NCBI RefSeq assembly: GCF_003018255.1
Contig: NZ_CP027440.1
Direction: 5' to 3' (one strand)
Length of the DNA stretch: 64,000 bases
DNA from: Escherichia coli
GTDB taxonomy: Bacteria > Pseudomonadota > Gammaproteobacteria > Enterobacterales > Enterobacteriaceae
A model generated the notes under the pieces. The model made no database searches. It saw only the letters and a program-made list of their open reading frames with translations, and was not told the origin of the DNA. Shown one piece after another: positions 23,363 to 34,296 of the stretch (position 1 is its first letter; every line of letters begins with the position of its first letter). Both the position numbers and the translations under genes were made by a program.

Positions 23363-25603
23363 TCAGAAGTGAGTATTAATGCTCATATACCACGTACGTC
23401 CCGGCTCGTTATAGGTATACGCCCCGGCACCGGCGATATAGTTGGCTCCTGCCAGATCGCCCGTGGTCTGGGCATTACCCGCACGCCACAAACGTTTGTC
23501 GAACAGGTTGTCCACGCCGCCGGTCAGACTGACATTCTTCGTCACATCCCAGGTCGCGCTCAGACCCACAATGCTGTAAGGACTGATTTCTTTGGTTTCC
23601 GGTCCAACCGCTGGCTGACCTTTATAGTTGTACTTCTTCGGCTGCTGCTTGCCGTACCAGGTGAAGGTTGTTTGCATCGACAAATCTTCCCGTGCCTGCC
23701 AGCTCAGCGTTGAGTTCAACGTATACTCCGGGATGATCGACAAACGGTCGCCCGTGGTTTTGTTTTCACTCTTCAGCATATAAGTGATGTTATTGGTCCA
23801 CATCACCGTTTCGCTAACCGGTACGTTTAACGATCCTTCCAGACCTTCAACCACCGCTTTCGGTACGTTATCCCACTGATAGAGATCGGTGCCGACTGCG
23901 TTTTGCCCTACAGCCACATAGCCCGCTTCAATCTTATTGCGATAATCGTTACGGAACCAGGTGACGCCCGCCAGCCAACCGTCGCGTTTGAACTCCAGAC
24001 CAATCTCTTTGTTGATGCTGGTTTCCGCTTTCAGGTCATCATTACCTTGCAGATAGCAGCCGCCCGCGCTGGCATAGCAGCCCTGACCTTTACTGTAGAG
24101 AATGTAGTTTGGGTTAGTCTGGTACAGACTCGGCGCTTTATAAGCGCGGGCAATGCCCATTTTCAGCGTGAAGTCATCGCCTAAACCTTGCGATATGTTC
24201 AGCGCCGGACTCCAGTTATTGCCGACAATACTGTGATGATCGAAACGCAGCCCCGGCGTTACGATGGTGCTGTCAGTCAGCTCCATATTGTTTTCGGCAA
24301 ACAGCGAGAAAATTTCTGCTTTTGAATACGGGCTACGGTCGGTGGCACTCACGCCATCAATAGCGCCGCCGGTATTCGTCCCGGTGAGCGCCTGGGTGTT
24401 GGAACTCAAGTCCTTCATCCGCTGCTGATTCCACTCCGTACCCAGCGTCAGCGTCTGGTTAACGAGGAAATCAATCGGCAGGTTAACTTCGCTGTGCAGC
24501 ATCACGTCATCGAGATCGATATCGACGAAATCCTGTGTCGCTTTTTCGTTAAATTTCCCTTCGGTACCGCCCGCCAGACCTTCCGGAATACGCGAGTTAC
24601 GGGTGTGTTCGTACTGCACCCAGTTGCTGGTGGTCACGCCGTTATCCCAGCCGCCGTTCCATGTCAGCGAGTAGTTCTGGCGATACAGACGGTTGGTTTC
24701 ATCGCCATATTTCGAGCGGGTATAGGAGTCAGAGTTGGTGTTCTGGGTATCGCCCGCATACAGGTTACCCTGGCGGCTGTAACCCGCTTCCAGTTCCAGC
24801 GATTGCAATGGTGCGAAGTCCCAGCGCACCACGCCGTTAATATCTTTGTTGATCACCCCTTCGCGCCCGGCTGGTAACGTCGTGGCATACGTTCCGGCAC
24901 GCGCGGACTGATGGCCCTGGTTGATATCCCACGCGTCAGCCTGAGTTTTGTCGAGGTTGCCATACAAGCGGAAGCTGAATTCGTCGCCCAGCGGACCGGT
25001 GAGGCTAAAGTTAGTGCGTTTGGTGGCACCTTCCTCTTTATGTTCTGGCGCATTGAAATAAGCGTCCCACGAGCCGTGCCACTCACCACTGCCTTTTTTG
25101 GTAATGATGTTAACCACGCCGCCCGCCGCGCCGTTGCCATAACGCGCAGCTGCCGGACCACGTAGAACTTCAATACGTTCAATCATTTCAGGCGGCACCC
25201 AGGAGGTATCACCACGGGTATCGCGCTCGCCACGCCAGCCCTGACGCACCGAGTTACGGCTGCTTACCGGCTTGCCGTCAATCAAAATCAGCGTGTTTTC
25301 CGGACCCATACCGCGAATATCAATCTGGCGGTTATTCCCACGCTGACCACTGGTGGAGTTACCGGTCAGGTTAACGCCTGGCATGGTACGGATGATCTCC
25401 GACACATCGCGGGCAACCGGGTTTTTGCGGATTTCATCTGCGGTGATGGTCGAAACGCCAGGTGCCTGCAAGTTCTGCTCGGCGGCGGTAACGACAATGG
25501 TATCGTCATGTGAAACAGGAGTATCGGTCGGCTCTTGTGCCTGTGCTACCCCATAAATCCCCAGATTGACCAACAAGGCCAGGGAATGAATCTTCTTGTT
25601 CAT
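23363..25603 (-). CDS. fepA: Ferric enterobactin outer-membrane receptor FepA (TonB-dependent)
   Basis: ORF 23363-25663; known start MNKKIHSLALLVNLGIYGVAQA at internal Met; C-terminal ...YMSINTHF. Confidence 0.95.
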   Translation of the reverse strand: MNKKIHSLALLVNLGIYGVAQAQEPTDTPVSHDDTIVVTAAEQNLQAPGVSTITADEIRKNPVARDVSEIIRTMPGVNLTGNSTSGQRGNNRQIDIRGMGPENTLILIDGKPVSSRNSVRQGWRGERDTRGDTSWVPPEMIERIEVLRGPAAARYGNGAAGGVVNIITKKGSGEWHGSWDAYFNAPEHKEEGATKRTNFSLTGPLGDEFSFRLYGNLDKTQADAWDINQGHQSARAGTYATTLPAGREGVINKDINGVVRWDFAPLQSLELEAGYSRQGNLYAGDTQNTNSDSYTRSKYGDETNRLYRQNYSLTWNGGWDNGVTTSNWVQYEHTRNSRIPEGLAGGTEGKFNEKATQDFVDIDLDDVMLHSEVNLPIDFLVNQTLTLGTEWNQQRMKDLSSNTQALTGTNTGGAIDGVSATDRSPYSKAEIFSLFAENNMELTDSTIVTPGLRFDHHSIVGNNWSPALNISQGLGDDFTLKMGIARAYKAPSLYQTNPNYILYSKGQGCYASAGGCYLQGNDDLKAETSINKEIGLEFKRDGWLAGVTWFRNDYRNKIEAGYVAVGQNAVGTDLYQWDNVPKAVVEGLEGSLNVPVSETVMWTNNITYMLKSENKTTGDRLSIIPEYTLNSTLSWQAREDLSMQTTFTWYGKQQPKKYNYKGQPAVGPETKEISPYSIVGLSATWDVTKNVSLTGGVDNLFDKRLWRAGNAQTTGDLAGANYIAGAGAYTYNEPGRTWYMSINTHF

Positions 25604-25767
25604 TGTTTTATTCCTGCATTTTTGCCACGAATTGCAACTGTCGGGCATGGTCGCCATCAACACGACGCATCCCGCTACCGCGAAAACCTTTGATCCTGAA
25701 AGACACGCAGTGCAGCTGATTAATTAATGTCCGCGCTTCCCACGGCGCGCCATTACGCTATTGCAAA

Positions 25768-25800
25768 TGCAAATAGTTATCAATAATATTATCAATATAT
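25768..25800. promoter_or_regulatory. Fur box in the fepA-fes divergent promoter region
   Basis: aaatagttatcaataatattatcaatatat resembles Fur consensus GATAATGATAATCATTATC. Confidence 0.6.
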
Positions 25801-25845
25801 TTCTGCAATCAATGAAAAATTGCACAGTAAACATGGGGTTATGGT

Positions 25846-27048
25846 GTGACGGCGTTAAAAGTAGGAAGTGAGAGCTGGTGGCAGTCGAAACATGGCCCGG
25901 AATGGCAACGTCTGAATGACGAAATGTTTGAGGTCACTTTCTGGTGGCGTGATCCCCAGGGTTCTGAAGAATACTCGACGATAAAGCGCGTATGGGTCTA
26001 TATCACTGGCGTGACCGATCACCATCAGAACAGCCAGCCCCGGTCGATGCAGCGAATTGCAGGAACCGATGTTTGGCAGTGGACGACACAACTCAATGCC
26101 AACTGGCGCGGCAGCTACTGCTTTATTCCTTCTGAACGCGATGACATTTTTTCTGCACCATCCCCCGATCGCCTCGAATTACGCGAAGGCTGGCGAAAAC
26201 TATTACCCCAGGCGATAGCCGATCCGCTGAATCCACAAAGCTGGAAAGGCGGGCGAGGGCACGCTGTTTCTGCACTCGAAATGCCGCAAGCGCCTCTGCA
26301 ACCGGGATGGGATTGTCCGCAAGCGCCAGAAACGCCTGCCAAAGAAATTATCTGGAAAAGTGAACGGTTGAAAAATTCACGCCGTGTATGGATTTTTACC
26401 ACCGGCGATGCAACAGCAGAAGAACGCCCGCTGGCAGTTTTGCTTGATGGCGAATTTTGGGCGCAGAGTATGCCCGTCTGGCCTGCGCTGACTTCGCTGA
26501 CCCATCGTCGGCAACTTCCGCCCGCCGTGTATGTGTTGATCGACGCTATCGACACCACGCACCGCGCCCACGAACTGCCGTGTAATGCGGATTTCTGGCT
26601 GGCAGTACAGCAAGAGTTATTACCCCAGGTGAAAGCTATTGCCCCTTTTAGCGATCGCGCCGATCGCACCGTGGTCGCCGGACAGAGTTTTGGTGGGCTT
26701 TCCGCGCTGTATGCCGGACTGCACTGGCCTGAACGCTTTGGCTGTGTATTAAGCCAGTCAGGTTCGTACTGGTGGCCGCATCGGGGCGGGCACCAAGAGG
26801 GCATGTTACTTGAACAGCTAAATACTGGTGAAGTTAGCGCCGAAGGTCTGCGCATTGTGCTGGAAGCGGGTGTTCGCGAGCCGATGATCATGCAGGCCAA
26901 TCAGGCGCTGTATGCGCAATTACACCCCCTAAAAGAATCCATTTTCTGGCGTCAGGTTGACGGCGGACATGATGCGCTTTGTTGGCGCGGTGGCTTGATG
27001 CAGGGGCTAATCGACCTCTGGCAACCACTTTTCCATGACAGGAGTTGA
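25846..27048 (+). CDS. fes: Enterochelin esterase Fes
   Basis: 400-aa ORF MTALKVGSESWWQSKHGPEWQRLNDEMFEVTFWW... Confidence 0.95.
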   Translation: MTALKVGSESWWQSKHGPEWQRLNDEMFEVTFWWRDPQGSEEYSTIKRVWVYITGVTDHHQNSQPRSMQRIAGTDVWQWTTQLNANWRGSYCFIPSERDDIFSAPSPDRLELREGWRKLLPQAIADPLNPQSWKGGRGHAVSALEMPQAPLQPGWDCPQAPETPAKEIIWKSERLKNSRRVWIFTTGDATAEERPLAVLLDGEFWAQSMPVWPALTSLTHRRQLPPAVYVLIDAIDTTHRAHELPCNADFWLAVQQELLPQVKAIAPFSDRADRTVVAGQSFGGLSALYAGLHWPERFGCVLSQSGSYWWPHRGGHQEGMLLEQLNTGEVSAEGLRIVLEAGVREPMIMQANQALYAQLHPLKESIFWRQVDGGHDALCWRGGLMQGLIDLWQPLFHDRS

Positions 27049-27050
27049 AT

Positions 27051-27269
27051 ATGGCATTCAGTAATCCCTTCGATGATCCACAGGGAGCGTTTTACATTTT
27101 GCGCAATGCGCAGGGGCAATTCAGTCTGTGGCCGCAACAATGCGCCTTACCGGCAGGCTGGGTCGTTGTGTGTCAGCCGCAGTCACAGGCGTCCTGCCAG
27201 CAGTGGCTTGAAGCCCACTGGCGTACTCTGACACCGGCGAATTTCACCCAGTTGCAGGAGGCACAATGA
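27051..27269 (+). CDS. ybdZ: MbtH-like protein YbdZ (enterobactin synthase accessory)
   Basis: MAFSNPFDDPQGAFYILRNAQGQFSLWP...; overlaps fes stop and entF start. Confidence 0.9.
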   Translation: MAFSNPFDDPQGAFYILRNAQGQFSLWPQQCALPAGWVVVCQPQSQASCQQWLEAHWRTLTPANFTQLQEAQ

Positions 27270-30200
27270 GCCAGCATTTACCTTTGGTCGCCGCACAGCC
27301 CGGCATCTGGATGGCAGAAAAACTGTCGGATTTACCCTCCGCCTGGAGCGTGGCGCATTACGTTGAGTTAACCGGAGAGGTTGATGCGCCACTACTGGCA
27401 CGCGCGGTGGTTGCCGGATTAGCGCAAGCAGATACGCTGCGGATGCGTTTTACGGAAGATAACGGCGAAGTCTGGCAGTGGGTCGATGATGCGCTGACGT
27501 TCGAACTGCCAGAAACTATCGACCTGCGAACCAACATTGATCCGCACGGTACTGCGCAGTCATTAATGCAGGCGGATTTGCAACAAGATCTGCGCGTCGA
27601 TAGCGGTAAACCACTGGTCTTTCATCAGTTGATACAGGTGGCGGATAACCGCTGGTACTGGTATCAGCGTTATCACCATTTGCTGGTCGATGGCTTCAGT
27701 TTCCCGGCCATTACCCGCCAGATCGCCAATATTTACTGCGCATGGCTGCGTGGCGAACCAACGCCTGCTTCGCCGTTTACGCCTTTCGCTGATGTAGTGG
27801 AAGAGTACCAGCAATACCGCGAAAGCGAAGCCTGGCAGCGTGATGCGGCATTCTGGGCGGAACAGCGTCGTCAATTGCCGCCGCCCGCGTCACTTTCTCC
27901 GGCACCTTTACCGGGGCGCAGCGCCTCGGCAGATATTCTACGCCTGAAACTGGAATTTACCGACGGGGAATTCCGCCAGTTGGCTACGCAACTTTCAGGT
28001 GTGCAGCGTACCGATTTAGCCCTTGCGCTGGCGGCTTTGTGGCTGGGGCGATTGTGCAACCGCATGGACTACGCTGCCGGATTTATCTTTATGCGTCGAC
28101 TGGGCTCGGCGGCGCTGACGGCTACCGGACCCGTGCTCAACGTTTTGCCGTTGGGTATTCATATTGCGGCGCAAGAAACGCTGCCGGAACTGGCTACCCG
28201 ACTGGCGGCTCAACTGAAAAAAATGCGTCGCCATCAACGTTACGATGCCGAACAAATTGTCCGTGACAGCGGGCGAGCGGCAGGTGATGAACCGCTGTTT
28301 GGTCCGGTACTCAATATCAAGGTATTTGATTACCAACTGGATATTCCTGATGTTCAGGCGCAAACCCATACCCTGGCAACCGGTCCGGTTAATGACCTTG
28401 AGCTGGCCCTGTTCCCGGATGAACACGGTGATTTGAGTATTGAGATCATTGCCAATAAACAGCGTTACGCTGAGCCAACGTTAATCCAGCATGCTGAACG
28501 CCTGAAAATGCTGATTGCCCAGTTCGCCGCGGATCCGGTGCTGTTGTGCGGCGATGTTGATATTATGCTGCCAGAAGAGTATGCACAGCTGGCGCAGATC
28601 AACGCCACTCAGGTTGAGATTCCAGAAACCACGCTGAGCGCGCTGGTGGCAGAACAAGCGGCAAAAACACCGCATGCTCCGGCGCTGGCAGATGCGCGTT
28701 ACCTGTTCAGCTATCGGGAAATGCGCGAGCAGGTGGTGGCGCTGGCGAATCTGCTGCGTGAGCGCGGCGTTAAACCAGGCGACAGCGTGGCGGTGGCGCT
28801 ACCGCGCTCTGTATTTTTGACTCTGGCGCTACATGCAATTGTTGAGGCTGGTGCGGCCTGGTTACCGCTGGATACCGGCTATCCGGACGATCGCCTGAAA
28901 ATGATGCTGGAAGATGCGCGTCCGTCGCTGTTAATCACCACCGACGATCAACTGCCGCGCTTTGCCGATGTTCCAGATTTAACCCGCCTTTGCTATAACG
29001 CCCCGCTTACACCGCAGGGCAGTGCGCCGCTGCAGCTTTCACAACCGCACCACACGGCTTATATCATCTTCACCTCCGGTTCCACCGGCAGACCAAAAGG
29101 GGTAATGGTCGGGCAGACGGCTATCGTTAATCGCCTGCTTTGGATGCAAAACCATTACCCGCTTACAGGCGAAGATGTCGTTGCCCAAAAAACGCCGTGC
29201 AGTTTTGATGTCTCGGTGTGGGAGTTTTTCTGGCCGTTTATTGCCGGGGCTAAACTGGTGATGGCTGAACCGGAAGCGCACCGCGACCCGCTCGCTATGC
29301 AGCAATTCTTTGCCGAATATGGTGTAACGACCACGCACTTTGTGCCGTCGATGCTGGCGGCATTTGTTGCATCGCTGACGCCGCAAACCGCTCGCCAGAG
29401 TTGCGCGACGTTGAAACAGGTTTTCTGTAGTGGTGAAGCCTTACCGGCTGATTTATGCCGCGAATGGCAACAGTTAACCGGCGCGCCGTTGCATAATCTA
29501 TATGGCCCGACGGAAGCGGCGGTAGATGTCAGTTGGTATCCGGCTTTTGGCGAGGAACTGGCAGAGGTGCGCGGCAGCAGTGTGCCGATTGGTTATCCGG
29601 TGTGGAATACGGGCCTGCGCATTCTCGATGCGATGATGCATCCGGTGCCGCCGGGTGTGGCGGGAGATCTCTATCTCACCGGTATTCAACTGGCGCAGGG
29701 GTATCTTGGACGACCCGATCTGACCGCCAGCCGCTTTATTGCCGATCCTTTTGCCCCAGGTGAACGGATGTACCGTACCGGAGATGTTGCCCGCTGGCTG
29801 GATAACGGCGCGGTGGAGTACCTCGGGCGCAGTGACGATCAGCTAAAAATTCGCGGGCAGCGTATTGAACTGGGCGAAATCGATCGCGTGATGCAGGCGC
29901 TGCCGGACGTTGAACAGGCCGTGACCCACGCCTGCGTCATTAACCAGGCTGCCGCAACGGGAGGCGATGCGCGTCAGTTGGTTGGGTATCTGGTGTCGCA
30001 ATCAGGCCTGCCGCTGGATACCACTGCATTGCAGGCGCAGTTGCGCGAAACATTGCCACCGCATATGGTGCCCGTGGTTCTGCTGCAACTTCCGCAGTTG
30101 CCGCTTAGCGCCAACGGCAAGCTGGATCGCAAAGCCTTACCGTTGCCTGAACTGAAAGCACAAGCGCCGGGGCGTGCGCCGAAAGCGGGCAGTGAAACGA

Positions 30201-31147
30201 TTATCGCCGCGGCATTCTCGTCGTTGCTGGGTTGTGACGTGCAGGATGCCGATGCTGATTTCTTTGCGCTTGGCGGTCATTCGCTACTGGCAATGAAACT
30301 GGCTGCGCAGTTAAGTCGGCAGTTTGCCCGTCAGGTGACGCCGGGGCAGGTGATGGTCGCGTCAACTGTCGCCAAACTGGCAACGATTATTGATGGTGAA
30401 GAAGACAGCTCCCGGCGCATGGGATTCGAAACCATTCTGCCGTTGCGTGAAGGTAATGGCCCGACGCTGTTTTGTTTCCATCCTGCGTCCGGTTTTGCCT
30501 GGCAGTTCAGCGTGCTCTCGCGTTATCTCGATCCACAATGGTCGATTATCGGCATTCAGTCGCCGCGCCCTCATGGCCCCATGCAGACCGCGGCAAACCT
30601 GGATGAAGTCTGCGAAGCGCATCTGGCAACGTTACTTGAACAACAACCGCACGGCCCTTATTACCTGCTGGGGTATTCGCTGGGCGGTACGCTGGCGCAG
30701 GGCATTGCGGCGCGGCTGCGTGCCCGTGGCGAACAGGTGGCATTTCTTGGCTTGCTGGATACCTGGCCGCCAGAAACGCAAAACTGGCAGGAAAAAGAGG
30801 CTAATGGCCTGGACCCGGAAGTGCTGGCGGAGATTAACCGCGAGCGCGAGGCCTTCCTGGCGGCACAGCAGGGAAGTACTTCAACGGAGTTGTTTACCAC
30901 CATTGAAGGCAACTACGCTGATGCTGTGCGCCTGCTGACGACTGCTCATAGCGTACCGTTTGACGGTAAAGCGACGCTGTTTGTTGCTGAACGCACGCTT
31001 CAGGAAGGTATGAATCCCGAACGCGTCTGGTCGCCGTGGATAGCCGAGCTGGATATCTATCGTCAGGATTGTGCGCATGTGGATATTATCTCTCCAGGGG
31101 CATTTGAAAAAATTGGGCCGATTATTCGCGCAACGCTAAACAGATAA
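27266..31147 (+). CDS. entF: Enterobactin NRPS EntF (serine-activating C-A-PCP-TE)
   Basis: 1293-aa ORF; adenylation motifs (…TSGSTGRPKG…), PCP (…LGGHSLLAMKL…), thioesterase GYSLGG. Confidence 0.95.
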   Translation: MSQHLPLVAAQPGIWMAEKLSDLPSAWSVAHYVELTGEVDAPLLARAVVAGLAQADTLRMRFTEDNGEVWQWVDDALTFELPETIDLRTNIDPHGTAQSLMQADLQQDLRVDSGKPLVFHQLIQVADNRWYWYQRYHHLLVDGFSFPAITRQIANIYCAWLRGEPTPASPFTPFADVVEEYQQYRESEAWQRDAAFWAEQRRQLPPPASLSPAPLPGRSASADILRLKLEFTDGEFRQLATQLSGVQRTDLALALAALWLGRLCNRMDYAAGFIFMRRLGSAALTATGPVLNVLPLGIHIAAQETLPELATRLAAQLKKMRRHQRYDAEQIVRDSGRAAGDEPLFGPVLNIKVFDYQLDIPDVQAQTHTLATGPVNDLELALFPDEHGDLSIEIIANKQRYAEPTLIQHAERLKMLIAQFAADPVLLCGDVDIMLPEEYAQLAQINATQVEIPETTLSALVAEQAAKTPHAPALADARYLFSYREMREQVVALANLLRERGVKPGDSVAVALPRSVFLTLALHAIVEAGAAWLPLDTGYPDDRLKMMLEDARPSLLITTDDQLPRFADVPDLTRLCYNAPLTPQGSAPLQLSQPHHTAYIIFTSGSTGRPKGVMVGQTAIVNRLLWMQNHYPLTGEDVVAQKTPCSFDVSVWEFFWPFIAGAKLVMAEPEAHRDPLAMQQFFAEYGVTTTHFVPSMLAAFVASLTPQTARQSCATLKQVFCSGEALPADLCREWQQLTGAPLHNLYGPTEAAVDVSWYPAFGEELAEVRGSSVPIGYPVWNTGLRILDAMMHPVPPGVAGDLYLTGIQLAQGYLGRPDLTASRFIADPFAPGERMYRTGDVARWLDNGAVEYLGRSDDQLKIRGQRIELGEIDRVMQALPDVEQAVTHACVINQAAATGGDARQLVGYLVSQSGLPLDTTALQAQLRETLPPHMVPVVLLQLPQLPLSANGKLDRKALPLPELKAQAPGRAPKAGSETIIAAAFSSLLGCDVQDADADFFALGGHSLLAMKLAAQLSRQFARQVTPGQVMVASTVAKLATIIDGEEDSSRRMGFETILPLREGNGPTLFCFHPASGFAWQFSVLSRYLDPQWSIIGIQSPRPHGPMQTAANLDEVCEAHLATLLEQQPHGPYYLLGYSLGGTLAQGIAARLRARGEQVAFLGLLDTWPPETQNWQEKEANGLDPEVLAEINREREAFLAAQQGSTSTELFTTIEGNYADAVRLLTTAHSVPFDGKATLFVAERTLQEGMNPERVWSPWIAELDIYRQDCAHVDIISPGAFEKIGPIIRATLNR

Positions 31148-31163
31148 ATTAACATTATCTACA

Positions 31164-31199
31164 AACCCATAATTACAGAAAATAATTATGGGGTTTTTA
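31164..31199 (+). terminator. Rho-independent terminator downstream of entF
   Basis: Hairpin aacccataatt-acagaaaat-aattatgggtt followed by ttttatttg. Confidence 0.7.
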
Positions 31200-31361
31200 T
31201 TTGTTTGATTTATAGGTTTGATGAATATTTCTCTTAAATAGAGTGAATGTTGCATTCAGTGGAAGGAATTTACAAACTTCAGCTTCGGATAATTATCACC
31301 AACTGGTAAAGTGAGCGCCGTGGAGATTTCCCCTATTGGACTCATTTTCAGGTTATACCCC

Positions 31362-32495
31362 ATGTCATCACTGAATATTAAACAGGGAAGTGACGCTCAT
31401 TTTCCTGAGTATCCTCTGGCGTCGCCCAGTAATAATGAAATTGATTTACTTAATCTAATCGCAGTTTTATGGCGGGCCAAAAAAACGGTCATGGCGGTCA
31501 TTTTTGCGTTTGCCTGCGCAGGCTTGCTGATCTCTTTCATCCTGCCGCAAAAATGGACCAGCGCGGCGGTTGTCACGCCTCCAGAACCTGTTCAGTGGCA
31601 GGCGCTTGAGAAAACATTCACTAAGCTTCGAGTGCTGGATCTGGATATCAAAATTGATCGTACAGAAGCATTTAACCTGTTTATCAAGAAGTTTCAGTCG
31701 GTTAGCTTGCTGGAAGAGTACCTGCGTTCATCACCTTATGTGATGGACCAATTAAAAGAGGCGAAAATCGACGAACTGGATTTGCATCGCGCAATTGTCG
31801 CATTGAGCGAAAAAATGAAAGCGGTTGATGACAATGCCAGTAAGAAAAAAGATGAACCGTCACTGTATACCTCCTGGACGCTAAGTTTTACCGCGCCAAC
31901 CAGCGAAGAGGCGCAGACCGTTTTGAGCGGGTATATCGATTATATCTCTGCGTTGGTGGTGAAAGAGTCGATAGAAAACGTCCGTAATAAACTGGAGATC
32001 AAAACCCAGTTTGAAAAAGAAAAACTGGCTCAGGATCGCATTAAAACGAAAAATCAACTTGATGCAAACATTCAGCGCCTCAATTATTCACTCGACATTG
32101 CCAACGCGGCAGGAATTAAAAAGCCCGTTTACAGTAATGGTCAGGCCGTTAAAGATGACCCCGATTTCTCTATTTCTCTCGGCGCAGACGGTATTGAACG
32201 CAAACTGGAAATTGAAAAAGCGGTTACTGACGTTGCGGAACTGAACGGTGAATTACGTAATCGTCAGTATCTTGTTGAGCAGTTAACAAAAGCAAATATC
32301 AACGATGTGAATTTTACGCCGTTTAAATATCAGTTAAGCCCGTCATTGCCAGTGAAAAAAGACGGTCCGGGTAAGGCGATTATTGTGATCCTTTCTGCGA
32401 TGATCGGCGGGATGGTGGCTTGTGGTGGCGTGCTGTTGCGCTATGCGATGGCATCCAGAAAACAGGATGCCATGATAGCAGACCACTTAGTTTAA
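31362..32495 (+). CDS. fepE: Polysaccharide co-polymerase family protein FepE
   Basis: ORF 31311-32495; known start MSSLNIKQGSDAHFP at internal Met. Confidence 0.9.
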   Translation: MSSLNIKQGSDAHFPEYPLASPSNNEIDLLNLIAVLWRAKKTVMAVIFAFACAGLLISFILPQKWTSAAVVTPPEPVQWQALEKTFTKLRVLDLDIKIDRTEAFNLFIKKFQSVSLLEEYLRSSPYVMDQLKEAKIDELDLHRAIVALSEKMKAVDDNASKKKDEPSLYTSWTLSFTAPTSEEAQTVLSGYIDYISALVVKESIENVRNKLEIKTQFEKEKLAQDRIKTKNQLDANIQRLNYSLDIANAAGIKKPVYSNGQAVKDDPDFSISLGADGIERKLEIEKAVTDVAELNGELRNRQYLVEQLTKANINDVNFTPFKYQLSPSLPVKKDGPGKAIIVILSAMIGGMVACGGVLLRYAMASRKQDAMIADHLV

Positions 32496-33307
32496 CTATT
32501 TGCGGTTGAAGGTGCCGTTCGTCCGAGCGGCACCACGAGCGGCGTTCCGGCAACCGGGTCGTCAATAATCATGCAGCGCAGACCATAAATGCGCTCGATC
32601 AATTCAGCAGTGACAATCTCTTTCGGCGCTCCCTGAGCAACAATTTTCCCTTCCCGCAATGCAATCAAATGGCTGGCGTAACGACAGGCCTGATTAAGAT
32701 CGTGCAGCACCGCCGCCAGGGTATAGCCTTTCTCGCGGTTCAGTTCGCTTAACAGTTCCAGGAGATCAATCTGATGACTGATATCCAGCCAGGTCGTGGG
32801 TTCATCGAGCAGCATAATTGCCGTTTCCTGGGCCAGCACCATCGCGATCCACGCTCTCTGGCGTTGCCCACCGGAGAGGGTATCCACGCTTTGATCCGCC
32901 AGATGGGTGATTCCCGTGGCCTGCATCGCTTTTGTGACGGCCTCTTCATCTTCTTTGCGCCAGCGGGTAAACAGCGGTTGATGCGGGTAACGCCCACGCG
33001 CCACCAGCTCCTGCACGGTGATATCTCCCGGCGTGGTGGCGTTTTGCGCCAACAGGCCAATCCGGCGGGCAACTTCTTTACTGGCGTAATGTTGAATGTG
33101 CTCACCATCCAGCCAGACATGCCCGTGAGCAGGCGTCATCAGGCGGCTTAAGGTACGCAGTAACGTGGATTTACCGCAGCCATTTGGCCCGATAATTGCC
33201 GTGAAGTGACCATCAGGTATTTCTACAGTCAGATTTTCCGCAACGGTATATTTGCCATATCCGAGGGTTAACTGTTCGCCACGCAAACGGGCTACTGATT
33301 CGGTCAT
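32492..33307 (-). CDS. fepC: Ferric enterobactin ABC transporter ATPase FepC
   Basis: ORF 32492-33448; known start MTESVARLRGEQLTLGYG; Walker A GPNGCGKST. Confidence 0.95.
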   Translation of the reverse strand: MTESVARLRGEQLTLGYGKYTVAENLTVEIPDGHFTAIIGPNGCGKSTLLRTLSRLMTPAHGHVWLDGEHIQHYASKEVARRIGLLAQNATTPGDITVQELVARGRYPHQPLFTRWRKEDEEAVTKAMQATGITHLADQSVDTLSGGQRQRAWIAMVLAQETAIMLLDEPTTWLDISHQIDLLELLSELNREKGYTLAAVLHDLNQACRYASHLIALREGKIVAQGAPKEIVTAELIERIYGLRCMIIDDPVAGTPLVVPLGRTAPSTANS

Positions 33308-34296
33308 TTTTTGCGAGACTCCTGAATTAACAAGACGATAAGGTAAATACCGCCGAGGCTGACGGTAACGACGCCAACCGGAAGTTGATACGGCATAAAC
33401 AGTTGTTGGGCGCAGAGATCGGCCGCCAGCAGTAACAACGCCCCGCACAGCGCCGCCTGGGTCAGCCCCCAGCGAGCGGTGCCGCTAATGCGTCGGGCAA
33501 TGTGCGGCGCGACTAAAGCAATAAAGGAAATCGGCCCGGCAAGCGCTGTTGCCGCAGCGGTAAGCACCACTGCAACCAGCATCATTAACAGACGCGAACG
33601 TTCGACGCTGACGCCCAGCGCACACGCGGTATCATCGCCCATTTCCAGCAAGCGCATCCGGCGTACCAGTAAGGCGGCGGCAATTAGCATCAATATAATG
33701 ATGGGTGCGGAAGGCGAGGTTTTTGCCCACGTCAGGCCGTTGAGCGATCCGGCATTCCACAAACCTGCTGTTAGCGCCGTTTCTAAAGACGCTTTCAGCA
33801 ACAGCCAGGTATTAAAGGCCACCAGCATGGCGCGAACGCCGATGCCGATAATAATCAACCGAAAGGTGTCGATGCCGTTACGCCAGGCGAGCAGCCAGAC
33901 CAGCAGCGAGGTGACAATACCCCCCGCCATTGCTGCCAGCGCGATAGCCGTCAGATCCTGACCAAACAGCACCATCGCCACCAGTACGCCGCTCCATGCC
34001 CCGGTGTTAAAGCCCATTACGTCAGGGCTGCCGAGCGGGTTACGCATCAGCGACTGAAAAATCGCGCCGCTGACGCCCAGCGCCGCGCCAATCAACAGCG
34101 CCATCAGCACGCGTGGTAAACGCCATTCGGTGACCACCATCGTCATACTGCGCGGCGCATCGCCCATCAGCGCGGCGAATACCTGCGAGGTTTCCAGCGT
34201 GATGGCACCGCTGCGTAATCCCCAGATACCTGCAACCACACAGGCGGAAACCAGCAGCAAACAGGTGATAATTAATCGGCGAGAGACGTAAATCAT
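33304..34296 (-). CDS. fepG: Ferric enterobactin ABC transporter permease FepG
   Basis: 330-aa FecCD-family permease ORF. Confidence 0.95.
   Translation of the reverse strand: MIYVSRRLIITCLLLVSACVVAGIWGLRSGAITLETSQVFAALMGDAPRSMTMVVTEWRLPRVLMALLIGAALGVSGAIFQSLMRNPLGSPDVMGFNTGAWSGVLVAMVLFGQDLTAIALAAMAGGIVTSLLVWLLAWRNGIDTFRLIIIGIGVRAMLVAFNTWLLLKASLETALTAGLWNAGSLNGLTWAKTSPSAPIIILMLIAAALLVRRMRLLEMGDDTACALGVSVERSRLLMMLVAVVLTAAATALAGPISFIALVAPHIARRISGTARWGLTQAALCGALLLLAADLCAQQLFMPYQLPVGVVTVSLGGIYLIVLLIQESRKK

Noticed and set aside
26115-26900. 261-aa minus-strand ORF inside fes
   Set aside because: Antisense to a confidently identified gene; Ser/Ala/Cys-rich low-complexity translation typical of spurious frames.
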